Shown: positions 35,892 to 49,532 of the stretch, piece by piece | Position numbering within the stretch: position 1 is the first letter of the stretch | Layout of the letters: every line of letters starts with the position of its first letter | Assembly (NCBI RefSeq): GCF_038025025.1 | Contig: NW_027117338.1 | Location: forward strand, 3,348,001-3,412,000 | Direction: 5' to 3' | Origin: Phyllosticta citribraziliensis | Taxonomy: Eukaryota | Length of the DNA stretch: 64,000 bases | Translations under genes and position numbers: made by a program | Notes under the pieces: model-generated | What the model was told of the DNA's origin: nothing | What the model saw: the letters and a program-made list of their open reading frames with translations, nothing else | The model's database searches: none

Positions 35892-37855
35892 CTAGGCACT
35901 CTTCCCGACTCCAGACTCAACTTCTTCCTCGACATTAGTTGCGAGATTCCCCGTCCCTCTTAGATATTCCTCCCATGCCGCCGCCTCGGCCATGCAGGCC
36001 TGCGCCGCGGTCGGGCTCGTCGCACCTGGGCTCGAGACGATGCTGTCCCACTCATCCAGAATGTAGCGAAGCGGGCTGCCAGGCGACGAGGCCGTCGCCA
36101 CCAAGCTAGGTGCGAGCTTGTTGAGGGCGCGCCAAGTGGTGGTGGTGGTGGAAGTCGGGCTGTCGGTGGCGGTGGTGGAGGCTGAAGTGTGGCGGGGATT
36201 GCTGGAAGCGGTGGTGGAATTGAGCAGCGGCTTTCCCGCCCGATGAGCTTCTATCGCCTCGTCCGCGAAGAGCTGTTGGGGGTGTTGTCGCGGGTGGTGA
36301 GGAGTAGAGGAGCTGCCGAACAGTGTCAATTGAGTGGATTGTCGTGACGAACGAGGGGGCGGTACAGGGGTTAGTTGCTATCAACGAAAAAAGCCACCAA
36401 GCAAGCAAGCTTTGCATGAACGCTATGACACAGCATCAACGTACCTGGCCCGCCGTCGTGGCTACGTACCTGGTACTGGTTCGCGGGCTGCTGCGCTCAG
36501 ACTCGGGGGTTGATGTGCGCAGTTCGGAGACGGAGCTGTTGCTGCTGGAGTGCGCGGGAGCAAAATTGGAGTTTTCCTTTTCCGGTTCCGTCGCATCCCA
36601 GTCTTCCCACCCGGACGCGTCATCCAGAGTCTGGCTGCTTGGTTGGCTGCGCAGCGTTTTTTGCGGCGACTTTGTTGGAGTGGGTTTGGTGATGGCCGGC
36701 TGCGGGGCCCTAACGGCTTCTATACCATGCTCTTTCCAGAAATTGGTCTCAATATCGATGAGCGACGAACTATCACCAGAAGGATGGATGGATTTCGATT
36801 TTCTCCTGCCCGTGTTGACGGTCCTGGAACGGCTGAGGCCGGCGTCGTTGGTGAGACGCCTCCCGTTTTGATGCGGAGTGCTCCGCGGCGGACTGGCAGC
36901 CGCTTCATCACCAATAGCCGCTTGCCTCAAATCTCCCCAGAACGTTATGATGCCATCCTTCAGGTCGGAGGCCATTTGACGACCGGTCCGCAGCAATGCC
37001 TCCGAAGTGCCATCTTGCGATACGGTTCTTTCTCTCGAGGAGTCGACAGGGGTGGTAGACGAGCGTCCGCGCGGCGGATTGATTGACGGTTCGTCCAGCG
37101 TTGCGTCCATGGCGGTTGAAAAGGAGCCATCGTCGGCAGACTTGGTTGGCGACAGCAGGGAGAGGGTGCGGGTGTGGCGCGAGCCGCTAAAGACCTTGCG
37201 ATTCGACTGACGCTGGCCATGCAGTATCATCCGCCTCCGCTCCATTTCCTTTTCGGCCCAGCTGGGGCCCTCGGGATCGTCGTCAAAGAGACCGTTTGCA
37301 AGGACCGTGTCGACGGGCTGCAGCGGGTGGAAACCGTAGACGCCCTTTTGGCCGAGGCGAGCGGCCTCGTGGGTAGCCCATTGCTTCTTCAATTCCGTCA
37401 GGGTATCCTCGGCCTTGGCCAGCTCCTCGCGCAGCTCGAGCACGCGGCGCTCCTGAGCGGCCAGCGCGGTGAAGAAGTTGGCGTCCGGGGAGTGCGGAGG
37501 GTGCTCGGGGGATCGTACAGGGCTGGTGCCGATCCACGAGGCAGGGCGAGAACGCGGCGTTGGAATGCTGGGGTTGGCGGCGGCGGGCTGCACGGGGAAA
37601 TTCAGCGACAGGCGCTTGGTGTGGCGAGAGGCAGCGTCGGCGTGGGACAGCGAGCGGCCGTGAGACGACATGATGTTTGTGGAGGAGGAGGAGGGAGAGG
37701 AGGTGGAATTGGAGGAAGACGGGCCTGGGCCTGGAGCTGGAGCTGGAGCTGGGCGAGGCAGGCCTGGGGGATGAGAGCGCGGGTTGGCTCGTGATGTGAT
37801 GTCTGTGGGCACGGATGCGGCAGCGCGATGGCCACGGGCGGCGCGCATGGCTGCT

Positions 37856-37890
<35 letters not shown>

Positions 37891-37938
37891 GAGGCTCTGG
37901 AGGTCGATTCGCGATGTCTTCCGGGGAGTCTGGGGCAT
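35892..37938 (-). CDS. DUF4048/Tda11-like coiled-coil protein; start uncertain
   Basis: KRLSLNFP, FFTALAAQERRVLELREEL...LKKQW, FSGSRHTRTLSLLS, GRQMASDLKDGIITFWGDLRQA; intron 36469-36313 restores the frame. Confidence 0.72.
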
Positions 37939-38621
37939 TCCACAAGCTACATGGCGGACCGAGGGCGATGGCGATGGCGACTGCGACTCGATTATTGGAC
38001 GATGCGGACGCAGCGACAGGGCAATCCGAGGGCCGAGTCGCCAAGAAGCGAGCGTGAGGGCGAGTCCCAGGCAGATGCGGCGGTGGTTGAGGAATAAAAA
38101 GTCGAGGAGAAACATTGATGGCAGCCGTGCCCGACCGTGACACGTATCAGGCCATGATGGACTTCAGGTGTGAGGAGAGGGCGTTGGGCGCTGGCGTTGA
38201 TAATAGGTACAGGACAGTAGCTGAGGTACAGGGCTGACTCGCCCTCGTGTGCTCGTGTGGCCGGGCAACCAGCGGATGCGAGGTAACCATGGGAGCGCAA
38301 GGGATGAAACTTTTGGGGTTGACAGCGGAAGAGGGTCTGGTCTGGTCTGTCAGCAGGATGGACATGGACATGGACGACATGTCGAGAGGTGAGGGAGTCG
38401 TCGTCGCTTGGTGGATATCTGGCTGTCAATCACCCGCATATGCTCGTGCGCTGACCCGACGGAGATCCATCACGGCTGGTGTGGGTCTGGTGGTTGACCT
38501 TCGCTACGCTGTCTTTACGGACATTTATTCTACGGGGATTTCTCTACAGTGCACCAGAAGCAAAAGAAACACCGTCGTTCAATTGATTTGCTCCAATGCC
38601 TGGGCGGCCGTGAAGAGTACT

Positions 38622-38622
<1 letters not shown>

Positions 38623-38653
<31 letters not shown>
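38623..38653. repeat. (CT)n microsatellite
   Basis: About 15 uninterrupted CT units in the region upstream of the Sid1-like kinase. Confidence 0.9.
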
Positions 38654-38656
<3 letters not shown>

Positions 38657-39251
38657 GCTAGGAGGCCCCAGTTCCTGTGGTGCGCCCGTTTCCCAAAGCG
38701 GCAATATCACAACACGCCCATCGACGCACTTGTTGGACGTGGCGCAACACCACCGCAGGCCCAGAACCACCGAACCATTATTTTTGCCATATCCGTACCT
38801 GCAGAGAGCCGTCGTCTTCGCCGCCTCGCTCGCCCTTCCGCTCTCCAGCCTCCAGCCTTCCATTCAGCCTTCTCGCGCTCCGCTCGCTGTGCCGCCCCCA
38901 CCTGCACCAGCCCCTCAACCCGCTGCAACACCACAAGTTTCCCTCTCGCAATCCCCAAGACGTCATACTCAGTGTCTTCTCGGTCCTATTCTCCACCTCC
39001 ACCACTCGGCCGGTACGTGGGTGCTGGCGTCGGGGGTGATCCGCCTGAGCCTGTGCTTGGTTGCTGTGGGGAGCCATCATCGCTGTCTGTCACCGCTACC
39101 CACACAGCCCAAGTCCGTGCCCATTCCACTCCATCGCCCATGTTAAAGTCCATCCCACCGGGTCTCTGCCATTCTCCCAAGCATTTCTACTTTCCCATCC
39201 TTACTCCAAGGACAAAGACTCGCTCCATCTCTCTTCCATCCCCCCGGCGCA

Positions 39252-41651
39252 ATGGCCGACGACTACCAGGTCCTCGAGGAGCTCGGCAGTGCGTTTGTCT
39301 CTTCCCTTGGCTCCCTCTCTTCCTCGCTGACATGATGCAGGCGGCAGCTTCGGGACCGTCTACAAGGCCATTGAAAAGTCGACTGGCGAAATTGTCGCAA
39401 TAAAACACGTCCGTTTTCTCTCTCTCTCTCTCTCTCCGCCCGTCCCAAACCGTCCTAACCGCCTCCCAGATTGATCTCGAGGGCAGCGACGATGACATTA
39501 AAGAAATCCAACAAGAAATCGCCGTCCTGAGCGCATGCGCCAGCCCGTTCGTAACACAGTACAAGACCAGCTTCGTGAGGGGGGTCAAGCTGTGGATCGT
39601 CATGGAATTTTTGGGTGGCGGCTCTTGTTTAGACCTCGTATGTCACCCGTCAACCGTCCAACCGGCTCCGCTGACCAATCAGATGAAACCCGGTCCATTC
39701 TCCGAATCCCAAATCGCCGTCATATGCCGAGAGCTCCTCCTTGGTCTGGACTATCTTCATCTGTCGGGCAAAATCCATCGCGACATCAAGGCTGCCAATG
39801 TCCTCCTGGCCGAGTCGGGCAAAGTCAAGATTGCCGACTTTGGCGTCGCTGCCCAGCTGACCAACATTAGCTCTCAGCGCATCACCTTTGTCGGCACTCC
39901 ATACTGGATGGCCCCCGAGGTCATTCAAGAAATGGGCTACGACTGCAAGGCCGACATTTGGTCCTTGGGCATCACGGCAATCGAAATGGCAAGGGGAGAG
40001 CCCCCTCACGCAGACACGCATCCCATGAAGGTCCTGTTCCACATTCCAAAGGCCCCAGCACCACGGCTCGAGGGCCCCTTTTCGAGAGACTTTAAGGACT
40101 TTGTCTCCCAATGTCTCGTCAAGGATCCAGATCGGCGACCCTCGGCCAAGGATCTGCTCAAGCACAGGTTTATCCAACGCGCGGGAAGAATTGAAGTCCT
40201 CCGTGACCTCATCACCAGACGGCGCAAGTACGATTCCTCGGCGACCAAGGCATCTCAACCCAAATACTACGAAGAGACGCTGTAAGTATTCCCAGTCCGT
40301 CACATTGCTAGTCTAATTTTCCAGGCGCGAATACAACAATGGCGCTCAAGATGAAGACGAGTGGGTCTTCGACACGGTCAAGCCCGTTCAGCTCAAGCGC
40401 CCGCGCAAGTCGTCCAAGCTCGAGTTTCCGACTGAGCTCATGGAGAAGATGGATGTGAATGCTGGGCCATTGGGGAAACCAACTGCGACCTACAACACCT
40501 CGCGCAGGCGATCGTCGACCCGCCAGTCAAGCGCGTCGACAATGTTCAGGATTGCAACAGATTCGACGCAGACCCCTCGCAGCGAACCCAGGGATCCACT
40601 CTCCCTCGACATGAACTTTGGCAACGGCACTTCGACAGTGCGCCCATTCCGCCGCGTATCTGCCGCCATGGAGAACCAAAAAATCGCAGACGTCGAGGTT
40701 CCTGCTCCTCCTCCCAAGCCTGCCGTCATTGCTTCATTTTCATCGGCTGACACTCTCCTGGAGGACTCACAGAGCGAAAATGAACCCCCACTTCCTCAAG
40801 GGACAGTTGCACGTCTAACCAAGGAATCCATGCTGGGCCGCCGCGCCTTTGTCAAGGCCGTCAACACGTCGTTCGAAGAGACGCAGGCCCAGACCAGCGG
40901 ACAGGCGAAGCGCGATGCATTTGCCCGTGCTGCGGCGGCATGGACTGCGCTCGATCGCGTCGACCCCGAGGGCGAATTCCTTCTCCTTCGTAACATTATC
41001 GAAAAGGTTCAAGCAGACCCCAAGCTTGCGGCTGCTCTGGGAGTTTTGCCTTCCAGTACGCCTCAGACACCAGCGACCGATGTCATGACTCCCATTACAT
41101 CGCCGGCCCCTTCGTCGAAGGCAACTGATCCCTTTTCCAACATTACGAACAACGCCACTCCTAGTCGGGCTGCCAAAGAGCGCTCTCCCCGCTCTCCCGT
41201 CTCGCCAGCTACGCCGCAAAAGCCGTCTAAGCCGGCGAAGCCTGTCCACGTCCCGATCAATGTTCCCCGGCAGCAGCTTCCCAGGCCTGTCACTGCCTCC
41301 AAGATTCCCCAGCAGACAAAACCTTCCAACGCGCAAAGACGACGCTCCGCCCTCAGCAACAGCAGCGGCAGCAATGGCAGCAACCGAAGTAGTCGTTCCG
41401 CCAATTCCAACGATTCGGCTTCGGCAGCGGACTTGAACGCAGCCGCGGCTGCAGCAGCCAACCGGCGTGGCAGCACCGCAACGACAGACAGCAACGGCAG
41501 TGGCAGCGGCGGCAAGCGACGCGTCAACAGCATCGACGAGAAGAAGCTTCCTGGCTACGTCAAGCCCGGCATGGAGTACACGGGGCTGCTCGCCGACGTG
41601 CTGTACGGCCGCTGGATGGAGGGTCTGGTGAGCCGGTGGCCGAAGCCCTAG
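39252..41651 (+). CDS. sid1: STE20/GCK-family kinase of the septation initiation network (Sid1/SepL-like)
   Basis: [54 protein letters not shown], and C-terminal LADVLYGRW; four introns. Confidence 0.8.
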
Positions 41652-42945
41652 TCAACCGGACTGTGGGGAGTGATTGCACACTGGGAGGGAAAACTGAGAA
41701 CGGAACGAGGAAAATCTTCAAAAGTGATACCCCATTGGGACTTGGATAGGTTTGGGATCATCGGTTTTGGGACACGGGGAACAGGAAAAAAGTTCAACGG
41801 ACGGGTTTGTATTTCTCTTCTTTGTCTGATCGTTTTGGCTCGCAACCCACCACCATTTTTACCCTGTACAAGTTTTGCGCCTACTATTATTGGGCGCCAC
41901 TGCGCTGCTTTGCTCGTTTTGCTCGTTTTGCATTCTGCTTCGCTCCTTGCGTGCGCGCTCTTGCATTATCATAGATAGATTTCCCCCCCGGCCGTCTGGC
42001 TTTTTGCCTTTGTTTTTGCCTTTCCTCTTATTATCTCTCGTTTGTCTTTTGTTGGTATTTTTTTACGCCTGCTTTGATCAGCCAGCTTTTCTCTGCTCTT
42101 CTTTGCGCAGTCGTCGCTCGCTCGTCTTTTTTTCCAACTCTCCCCTCTGCTTTGGTTCTCGAGTTGTTTATGCGGCCTCCCGACACGACGCGCGCACACA
42201 CACACACACAACAATGACGACGATGCGACGAACGACGACAACGACGACGACAACGACATGTTTACATGGCGAGGCGAGGACGCACGACACGAACGTCACG
42301 ATGGATACGTACGCTTGCATGCACGCATGGCACGGCACGGTATGTAGATGGGCATGTCCGCATTCAGTTTTGCGCGCCTTTGATGGTGCGGATGGAGGTG
42401 GATGCGGTGGTAGGAAGATGGGGAATTGAGAAGGTGTGGAGTAGGTGGATGAGGTGGTGTGTTTTGTTTGGACTTGTAACAGACTGACGGATGGTTGGAT
42501 ACGGCAATGGACAGACACGGCTGAGCATGACACTATTTACGGCCAATGCAATTCGACTGATTTCTTGATTTGATGACTTGTTGACCGGTGGATGGATGGG
42601 TGGGTGCGTTGTACTGCCACTTGTTTCGTGCCTGTCAGGTGCGCGCATCAATGAGTGGGAGAAGAGACACACGGTGCGTCTGCAGTGATGTGATTATTTG
42701 CTTGGTAGCTGTGGGCCTGTGGCTTGCGATATGATACGCGTGAAATTTGGGAAGTTTTGTTCAAACAACTCTGCTCGACAGTCTCGCCTTCCGGTCTCAT
42801 GCTGCCATTCAGTCTGGATATCTTCATTTTGGATCAGAAGCGGTGACACCAGCCATTACTCGCTTCCATTACTCGCACCGGCAAGGATTGATGGTAGTCC
42901 GACCCAAATCCAACTCACACCCACCTACTCACTCGACTGTCCCGC

Positions 42946-43629
42946 TTACGATGTAACGGGGATAGTGCAATCCTGGATGAACTGCTCAATGGCATCATGC
43001 CTCTTCGTGAAATCAGCCTTCTCCGACGAATAGCCGCAGTACGTGACGGTCTGGCCCTCAGGGTTGTTGTTTGTGCCGTCTTGATCGAACGTGATGAAAA
43101 TCTGGTAGCCGCCGATGTAGGTCGTGCCCTGGAGAAGTAGCAGGGTGCGTTAGTCGAGAGCAGGTCGGGTGGGAAGAGGAGAAGGCGCGAAACATGACGT
43201 CGCAGAACATACCTGGAAAATGGGCGTAAGCACGTTCTGGCAGCGCTGCAAGTTGACCGGGTCGCCCTTGATAGGGCCGTTCGGGTCGGTGTATTGGAAA
43301 TAATTGTTGGCGACCCGATTGATCTGCAGCGCCCGCCGCACCGTGTCGTCGACGCGGCCGGGGCAGATGCGCGACGGCACGAGCCCAGCGGGGTCTACCG
43401 GTAGGTCGTAGAAGTAGGGGAAGCCGGCGCCGATGAAGTTGCCCGTGAAACCGCGGAAGCTATTGGGTCCCGGCTGGTATTGGTCCGGGAAGAAGCAGCC
43501 TTGTGGTTTCTTTTCAGGTGGACATTGCGGCGGTGGGTTTGCCGTCTGCGGTTCGGCGGCGGGCGCCGCAACGGTGAGCGGCGTCAGGAGCACGAGGGGG
43601 AGGAGAGAGAATGCTTGTGTGTAATGCAT
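42946..43629 (-). CDS. Small secreted Cys-containing protein (199 aa), effector candidate, possible RNase T1-like fold
   Basis: Signal peptide MHYTQAFSLLPLVLLTPLTVAA; TATAAA at 43795-43790; intron 43212-43129 (GTATGT..CTAAC..CAG); exon 2 ends IEQFIQDCTIPVTS*; six Cys. Confidence 0.8.
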
Positions 43630-45037
43630 CGTTGCGGGTGTGGTGTAGAGTGGTGTAGGGAGTAAGTTGGTGTTTGTTCCTTGACGAGAAAGGGGGGTGA
43701 TAATGTAGACCAACCGAGACACCAATTGACTGTATGAACAGAGAAGTACCCGATGGCTGATACAGCGACATAGAAGCAAGAGCCGCACCTTTATACCTCC
43801 ACGCGACCTCCCCCGATCAGAGTTCGGTGCGCCCCGCGCCGTCTCTTTGCCTCCTCACACTCGCACCTCACCACTCAACTCTCGGGGCAAAATAGGAAAA
43901 GGCAAAGCAAAAAGCCCCCAAACACAAAACCACGTAAGGTAAAAAAGTAGCGCGGGAAGCATAAAACGGCAAAAGAGAGCAAAATTTCGACAGTGGAGCT
44001 TGGCCTCGACCCAAAACAAGTCTTAACTCTTGAAGCCTTGACTCTCATATGGGGAAGGAAGGAAACCGCCCGCGTCGCCGCTGCGCGAAGTGACCCGTGG
44101 CCGGCATGTGTGACGCCTCGTATAACGGCTTGCCCGGAAGGCACCGAGTTGCCCAGCGGCCAGGCAGGCAGACAGGCATGCGAGAACCGACGACGACGCG
44201 GAAGAACAGGCAGAGGGGGAAATAAGTTTCGATAGATGGGGCACGGACAGTCGGTCGTTGGTCGAAGGCGACAAGGCGATGGTTGGACCATCTATCCGTC
44301 GCCGCAGCACAGCCACTCCTCATCTCTGCTGTATGTCAACAAGCTGCTGACTGGACAGGCAAAATCGCAGTATCACTACCGAAAGTGAACCCGACGCCAT
44401 GTGCGGATTACTTTTTGATTGAGGGAGATCAGCCGGGAGCGATGGATGTGGACAACCTTGTTGGCAGCAGCGAGCGATGATGTGGCGTCGACGTCGATTA
44501 TTTTTGGCACGTTTTCGCCGCTCGCGACGAGCCTAAACCCGAAAAAGATTTTGCGTGAACATGGTACGAGCCGGAAGAATTCGAAGTAAAATTCAAGCAA
44601 GATTTGGGCGGTTGAGGGAAAAAGGTTGTGGCCGCCAAGTTTGACGCGTTTGAGTTAATTGGGAGGCCGGAAGACGACGTCAACAGCGACAACACCTGAC
44701 TTTGTATCGTCGTATTCGACCCGTCGGAACGCGAGGGTAGGCATGCGGAGTAAGTAGGACCGAGCGGATGGAACTGAGCTGAGCTGAAGAAGAGACTTTT
44801 TCTTTCGTTGCTGCGCCGAGAGGTAAATGACTGTCGGGTCAAACACGTGCAGGCCGCTGGATCTACCGTGGAGATCGAGATGTATGCACAGGAAGAAAAT
44901 ATGGTACAGCGCAGTTTTGACAGGAGAACCAGTCTAGAAAGAAACGACAAAAGGAAAGAGCAGACTGAGAAGAGAGAAACATGTTGAGACGATGGGAGGA
45001 GGATGGATTTGACCTACCGGCACCTCACTCATCCCTC

Positions 45038-47179
45038 TCATCTCACGCTTTCGATGGCCCTCCACACTCTCTCCACTGCTTCTCTCGCCTTCCTCCTGTC
45101 TGTGGCACTCTCATCAGCAGCGACCTTGTATTCCCTTGCTTGGCCCGCATCGCGAACCACTTCCCTCACCCAACCCTCTGCATCCCTAAGAGCAATTCTG
45201 CCCTCTTCCCTGACAACGCCCTCCCAGGCCTCTCTCTCCTTTTCCCACTTCTTCTGCAAACGCATCAGGCTCCACGCGATGCCGACCGCGCCCACACCGC
45301 CTGCTTCATACGCACTCAGGGCAATGCCCAGGTGCGTCGGCAGCAGTGCCGAAATGTGCAGCAGAGCGGCCAGCGCCGTCGCAGCGCCCGAGGTCGACAG
45401 CGTTTGCAAGACTAGGCGCTGCGCCGCAGCTTGCAAGGGAGGAATGGAGGACGAGAGTAGATAATTCCTCGAGAGCGGGATGTGCTGAGGATAGACGTAG
45501 GGAGAGGGTTTGCGCGATAGAGGGGAGTCGGTGTCGACGACAGGGTCCTCGGGTGTTTTGCGGAGATCACTGAGATAGAGCGGAGGCGGGCTGTCGCCGA
45601 GCTTTGGTCTTCTTGAGGAATTAGACACTGAAGTCGGCTGGGTTTGCGTAATCTGAGAGCTGCTGAAAAAGCCTGCTTCGTGAAGGCGGCCGGCAACCCA
45701 GATGAGGCCCTTTTCGGCGTCTGTCAGCCAGCGTCGCTCCAGAATGTCGCTCGCAATCATCGACACGTCGTCGACGCGCCAAAACAGCTTCCACCAGCTG
45801 AGCTTGCGCCAGTAGGGTCCGGCAAAGGCGAGGTCGAGACGCCCGCGCAGTTCGGTGTGCGCGCGCTCCGCCCACACCCCTAGGGCCTCGATGATGGATT
45901 TCTTGGTGGACTCGGGGATGGACGACGCAAGTAGCTCTTGCAGCCGCCGTTTATCGTCCTTTGTGATGGCGTTCTCCGTCTCAGCAAGGACGGAGCGAAC
46001 CAACTCTCCTACAGCCGGCTTGAGCTTGTCTGCCTCTTTCGTCGTGCCTTGGGCGAGCCAGGTCGTGAGCGCGGGCATGCCGCTCCGGAACCAGCCTCGC
46101 TCGAAGAAGCTCGAGTTTTGGATCGACTCGCGGAAGCGGTCGAGGGCCTGGATGCCCAAGTCCACATCTACCGCGACGTACTTGTCCGCCGCGTTCTGTT
46201 CTGGTTCTTCTGCAGGAGCAGGCAACCCCACGGCCAGCTTGACCGTGTCAACGGGCAAGTCTTGCTCGGCTTGAGAGGCGACAAAGCGACCAAACGCTAC
46301 GCTACTTTCCAAGCCTTCTCCAAACACAATTGCTCGGTGTACGGGGTACGTGACGTTGATGAGGCGGCCGGTAGCAGAGGTCGGAGTTTGTAGCGTGGGA
46401 ACGAGGATGGCGTCTCTCGGCTTCTCCGCGTCCGACGACACAGGCGCCACGATGCTGGCATTCAGATAGGATATCAAGATCTCAGCATTGTGTTTCTGCA
46501 GCACCCTCGAGGGCACAGATATGGTGCGTAACAGTGGGTTGAAAGGGTGGACGTCGGACTCGTCTCCATATCTGCCACCAATTAGCCTCCACCAAAGCGA
46601 GTATCCAAGCCCAAAACATACCGCAGCAAGACAGCCTGGCCATTTCCGCTCCCGCTCTGCTCCAGCTCATCCTCCCAAGAGCCCTTGTCGGCCAGCGGGT
46701 CAGCCAGCAAAAGTCTGACCAACCGTTTAGCGGCCCTCTGGTCGCCGAGGCTCAGCACTGTCGGGGCTCAGTCAGCTCCTGCATGCCTGCAGTCAACCAA
46801 TGTGGTGTGTCCTTGACGCACCCGCTATCCTGACGACGGGGTCGTCGTGCTCCAAACTTCTCAGCGCCAGCTGCAGCCGGCTCAGGTTGATGTATGTCGC
46901 GGCGTCCGTCTTGAGCGCGTCCAATGCCTGGTGCAGCTCTTTCAGCCGGGGCGGGCCTTCCAGCGGCGCATTGATCGCGGTGCGCGAGGCCAGCGTCGAA
47001 GCATTGTTGCGGAGGTTGGCAAGTCGTGTGCGGTGGGCGGGCGTCCTGGTCGGCAAGGATGGGCGCGACAGCGAGCTACCGAGGCGCCATGATGAGCACG
47101 ACGGGCAGACGTATGCGGAAGAAGGTCGCGAGAAGGGTGACCTGGCGAGCCTCTGTACGGAATTGATCCGTGGAGGCAT
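45038..47179 (-). CDS. Mmc1-like mitochondrial membrane protein
   Basis: Mitochondrial-type presequence and two introns; conserved LSWWKLFWRVDDV and a C-terminal TM followed by LQKKWEKER. Confidence 0.7.
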
Positions 47180-47535
47180 TGGAACCGGGTCTCAGGGCGC
47201 GGTTTTCGGTCGAGGTTGCGAAGTTGGCGCATCGGCCAATGGCAAAGTTGAGATGCCGCTGCCGCGTCCCATTTCGTCATGCGGCCAAGCCCGCAAATAC
47301 AGGTAGTTAGGTCACTTTCAAGACCACCTCGTAAGAATTGCAACGTGGATATATATTCGCTCTCACTCGCACGTCACGATCAATGACACGAATTATATCA
47401 TGAAACCAGCCCAGAGCTGAGAAGCGCCCCGTTCTTCGCCTCTCCGTGCTCCGCCATCGCCCTCCCAACGCCCCCGATTGTCCTTGTATCCCCCTTGTTC
47501 TACCTGACAAGACAAGCAATCAACTGCCGGGTATC

Positions 47536-49532
47536 TCAGCTGCGTCTGTTCTTTCCAGCGCCGGAGGACCTGTGCTATTGTTAGCGGCTATTTGGCGGCC
47601 GAAGCTGATCAACTTACAAGCTAATCCGCCGGGCGACCGTCTTCAACTCCGTGTCGTTCTCGGCCTCCCTCGCAGCCTTCTCCAGGGCCTGTTGTCTGTT
47701 GGTCTCCTCCGACTTGCGCACCTCTTCTTGGCTAGGCGGCAAGCGCTCATTCTGTATGTCCACCTTTCTTGCGTCCTCGAAGCTGTGAATCGCCTGCTTG
47801 ATGCCCTCGGCGCCAAGCATAAGCGTGCCCGCCGGGAGTCGCCCTCCTGAAGCCGTCTTGAGCTCCGTGACGCGCTCCGATTCCTCACGCAAGACCTGGA
47901 ACACGCGAGACAGACGTCCAATGGCCAGAATCTTGTTCTTGATGGCACGGCGCTTGAATTCGGTCGAGTCGGGGTCCAAGGCAGATCCCGGAATGGGCGG
48001 CGACGACGGCCCAGAGACGACCGAGCTTGGCGTTTCCTCCTCGAGCTCCTCCTTTGAGCAAGTGTTGAGAATGGCAATGAGCATGTCCGTGACTACGTCT
48101 GTCAGTTTACTGTTTGCACGATTGGCGAGGGCCACAAACTTTTCTCTCCAACGAATGGCAAAGACCACGTAAACACGTCCATGAAGTTCGGGAGCCAGTA
48201 CGGGTGTGGCGTGCAGTTGAACTGCCGAATGTTCATAACGTTGTTCTCGTACTTGAGTACCGCTGCCTTGTTGTTGTAAACGTCGAGGTAGTTGGGGGCG
48301 CTGAAGATGGTCATGACACTGGGGAAGCCAGTGGTCCTCGTCTTGCGGTACATGCGGTATCCGGCATCTTGTGCTTCGTGTGCGCGAATGATGGAGAGCA
48401 GATTGTTCTTCTCGAGGAACGCGCAGGCTGCCGGGTAGGAGAAGAAGTATGAGCAGCCGCGGACGTGGTTGTGCACGAAGAATTCCGACGTCTTTTCTTG
48501 TCCAAACTCCTCGAGAGGGTCCGCCCAGAGGATATCACACATCAGACCGTGGGTTGGGGGCTCCCGGAAGCGATCAATCTAAGCCAGTCAGAAATGTTCG
48601 CCTACTCGATCCAATCCCACTTACGCTCTTCAAATCTTCCAGAGTGTGGAGCTCGGGGCTCAGCCCGCCGTGAATGCAAAGGAATTGCTTGTTCATGACT
48701 GCCGCCAGCGGCAGCGCGCAAAACGACTCCATGCACGCCTCGTAGACGGCCTCGCTGTACTTGTGCTTGCATTCGAGCTTGAAGGTAAAGTAGTCTGTCA
48801 AATGCCGACATTCGTGGTTACCGCGCAGCAACCAGAGCGTGTTGGGATACCAGATCTTCAAACACCAAAGGTAGAGAACACACTGCGGCGGTCAGCAAAA
48901 GCGTGTATGCAAATTCTGGGAGACAAACCTCGATGCTGAAATAGCCTCGATCGACGTAGTCGCCAAGGAACAGGTACCGAGTCTCTGCAGGGTCACCGCC
49001 GACCTCGAACAGCTTCATCAAGTCGTAATATTGGCCGTGAACATCACCGCAGACGGTAATGGGCGCATCCATCTCCAAGAGGTTGGGCTCCGACTTGAGA
49101 ATCTCTGTACCCTTGCGGATGATCCATAGTGCCTGCTCCTCGGTCAAACGGCCTTCGCGGTAGAAATGTTGCTTGAGGAAGTTGATGTTGGGTTTGCTGG
49201 AGTCGTTGGGAGCCCAGAACTGCTCGGCGGTGGGCGTGTGGACGGCGGGAGCTTGAACGTCTGATTGCGCACAGTGTCAGCCGACTGCCTGCTGCGATAC
49301 AAATGTGGCAAACGGAGAGACGAGTAGGTCTTGGTTGCACAGCGATCGCGTGCCTCGGGGAGACACAGAGGAAATTCGTACCTTTGCAGACGCGGTCCAT
49401 CGTGTTCACCTGGGAACCGTCTTCCATTGTGTGGAGTGTAAAGTCGATCTCAGGGACCGGCTTCTTTTGGTGGACGGCGCGCACAGCATTCTGGATGTAC
49501 TCTTCGGTGTTCATGGGTTCGTCGGCAGACAT
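47536..49532 (-). CDS. cnaA: Calcineurin A catalytic subunit (PP2B)
   Basis: [36 protein letters not shown], calmodulin-binding [15 protein letters not shown] and autoinhibitory [17 protein letters not shown]; the last intron gives the C-terminus [10 protein letters not shown]. Confidence 0.97.

Noticed and set aside
38247..39250. Long ORFs of 299 and 284 aa upstream of the Sid1-like kinase
   Set aside because: They run through a CT microsatellite and C-rich leader sequence, have no domain-like content and begin at non-ATG starts; probably spurious.
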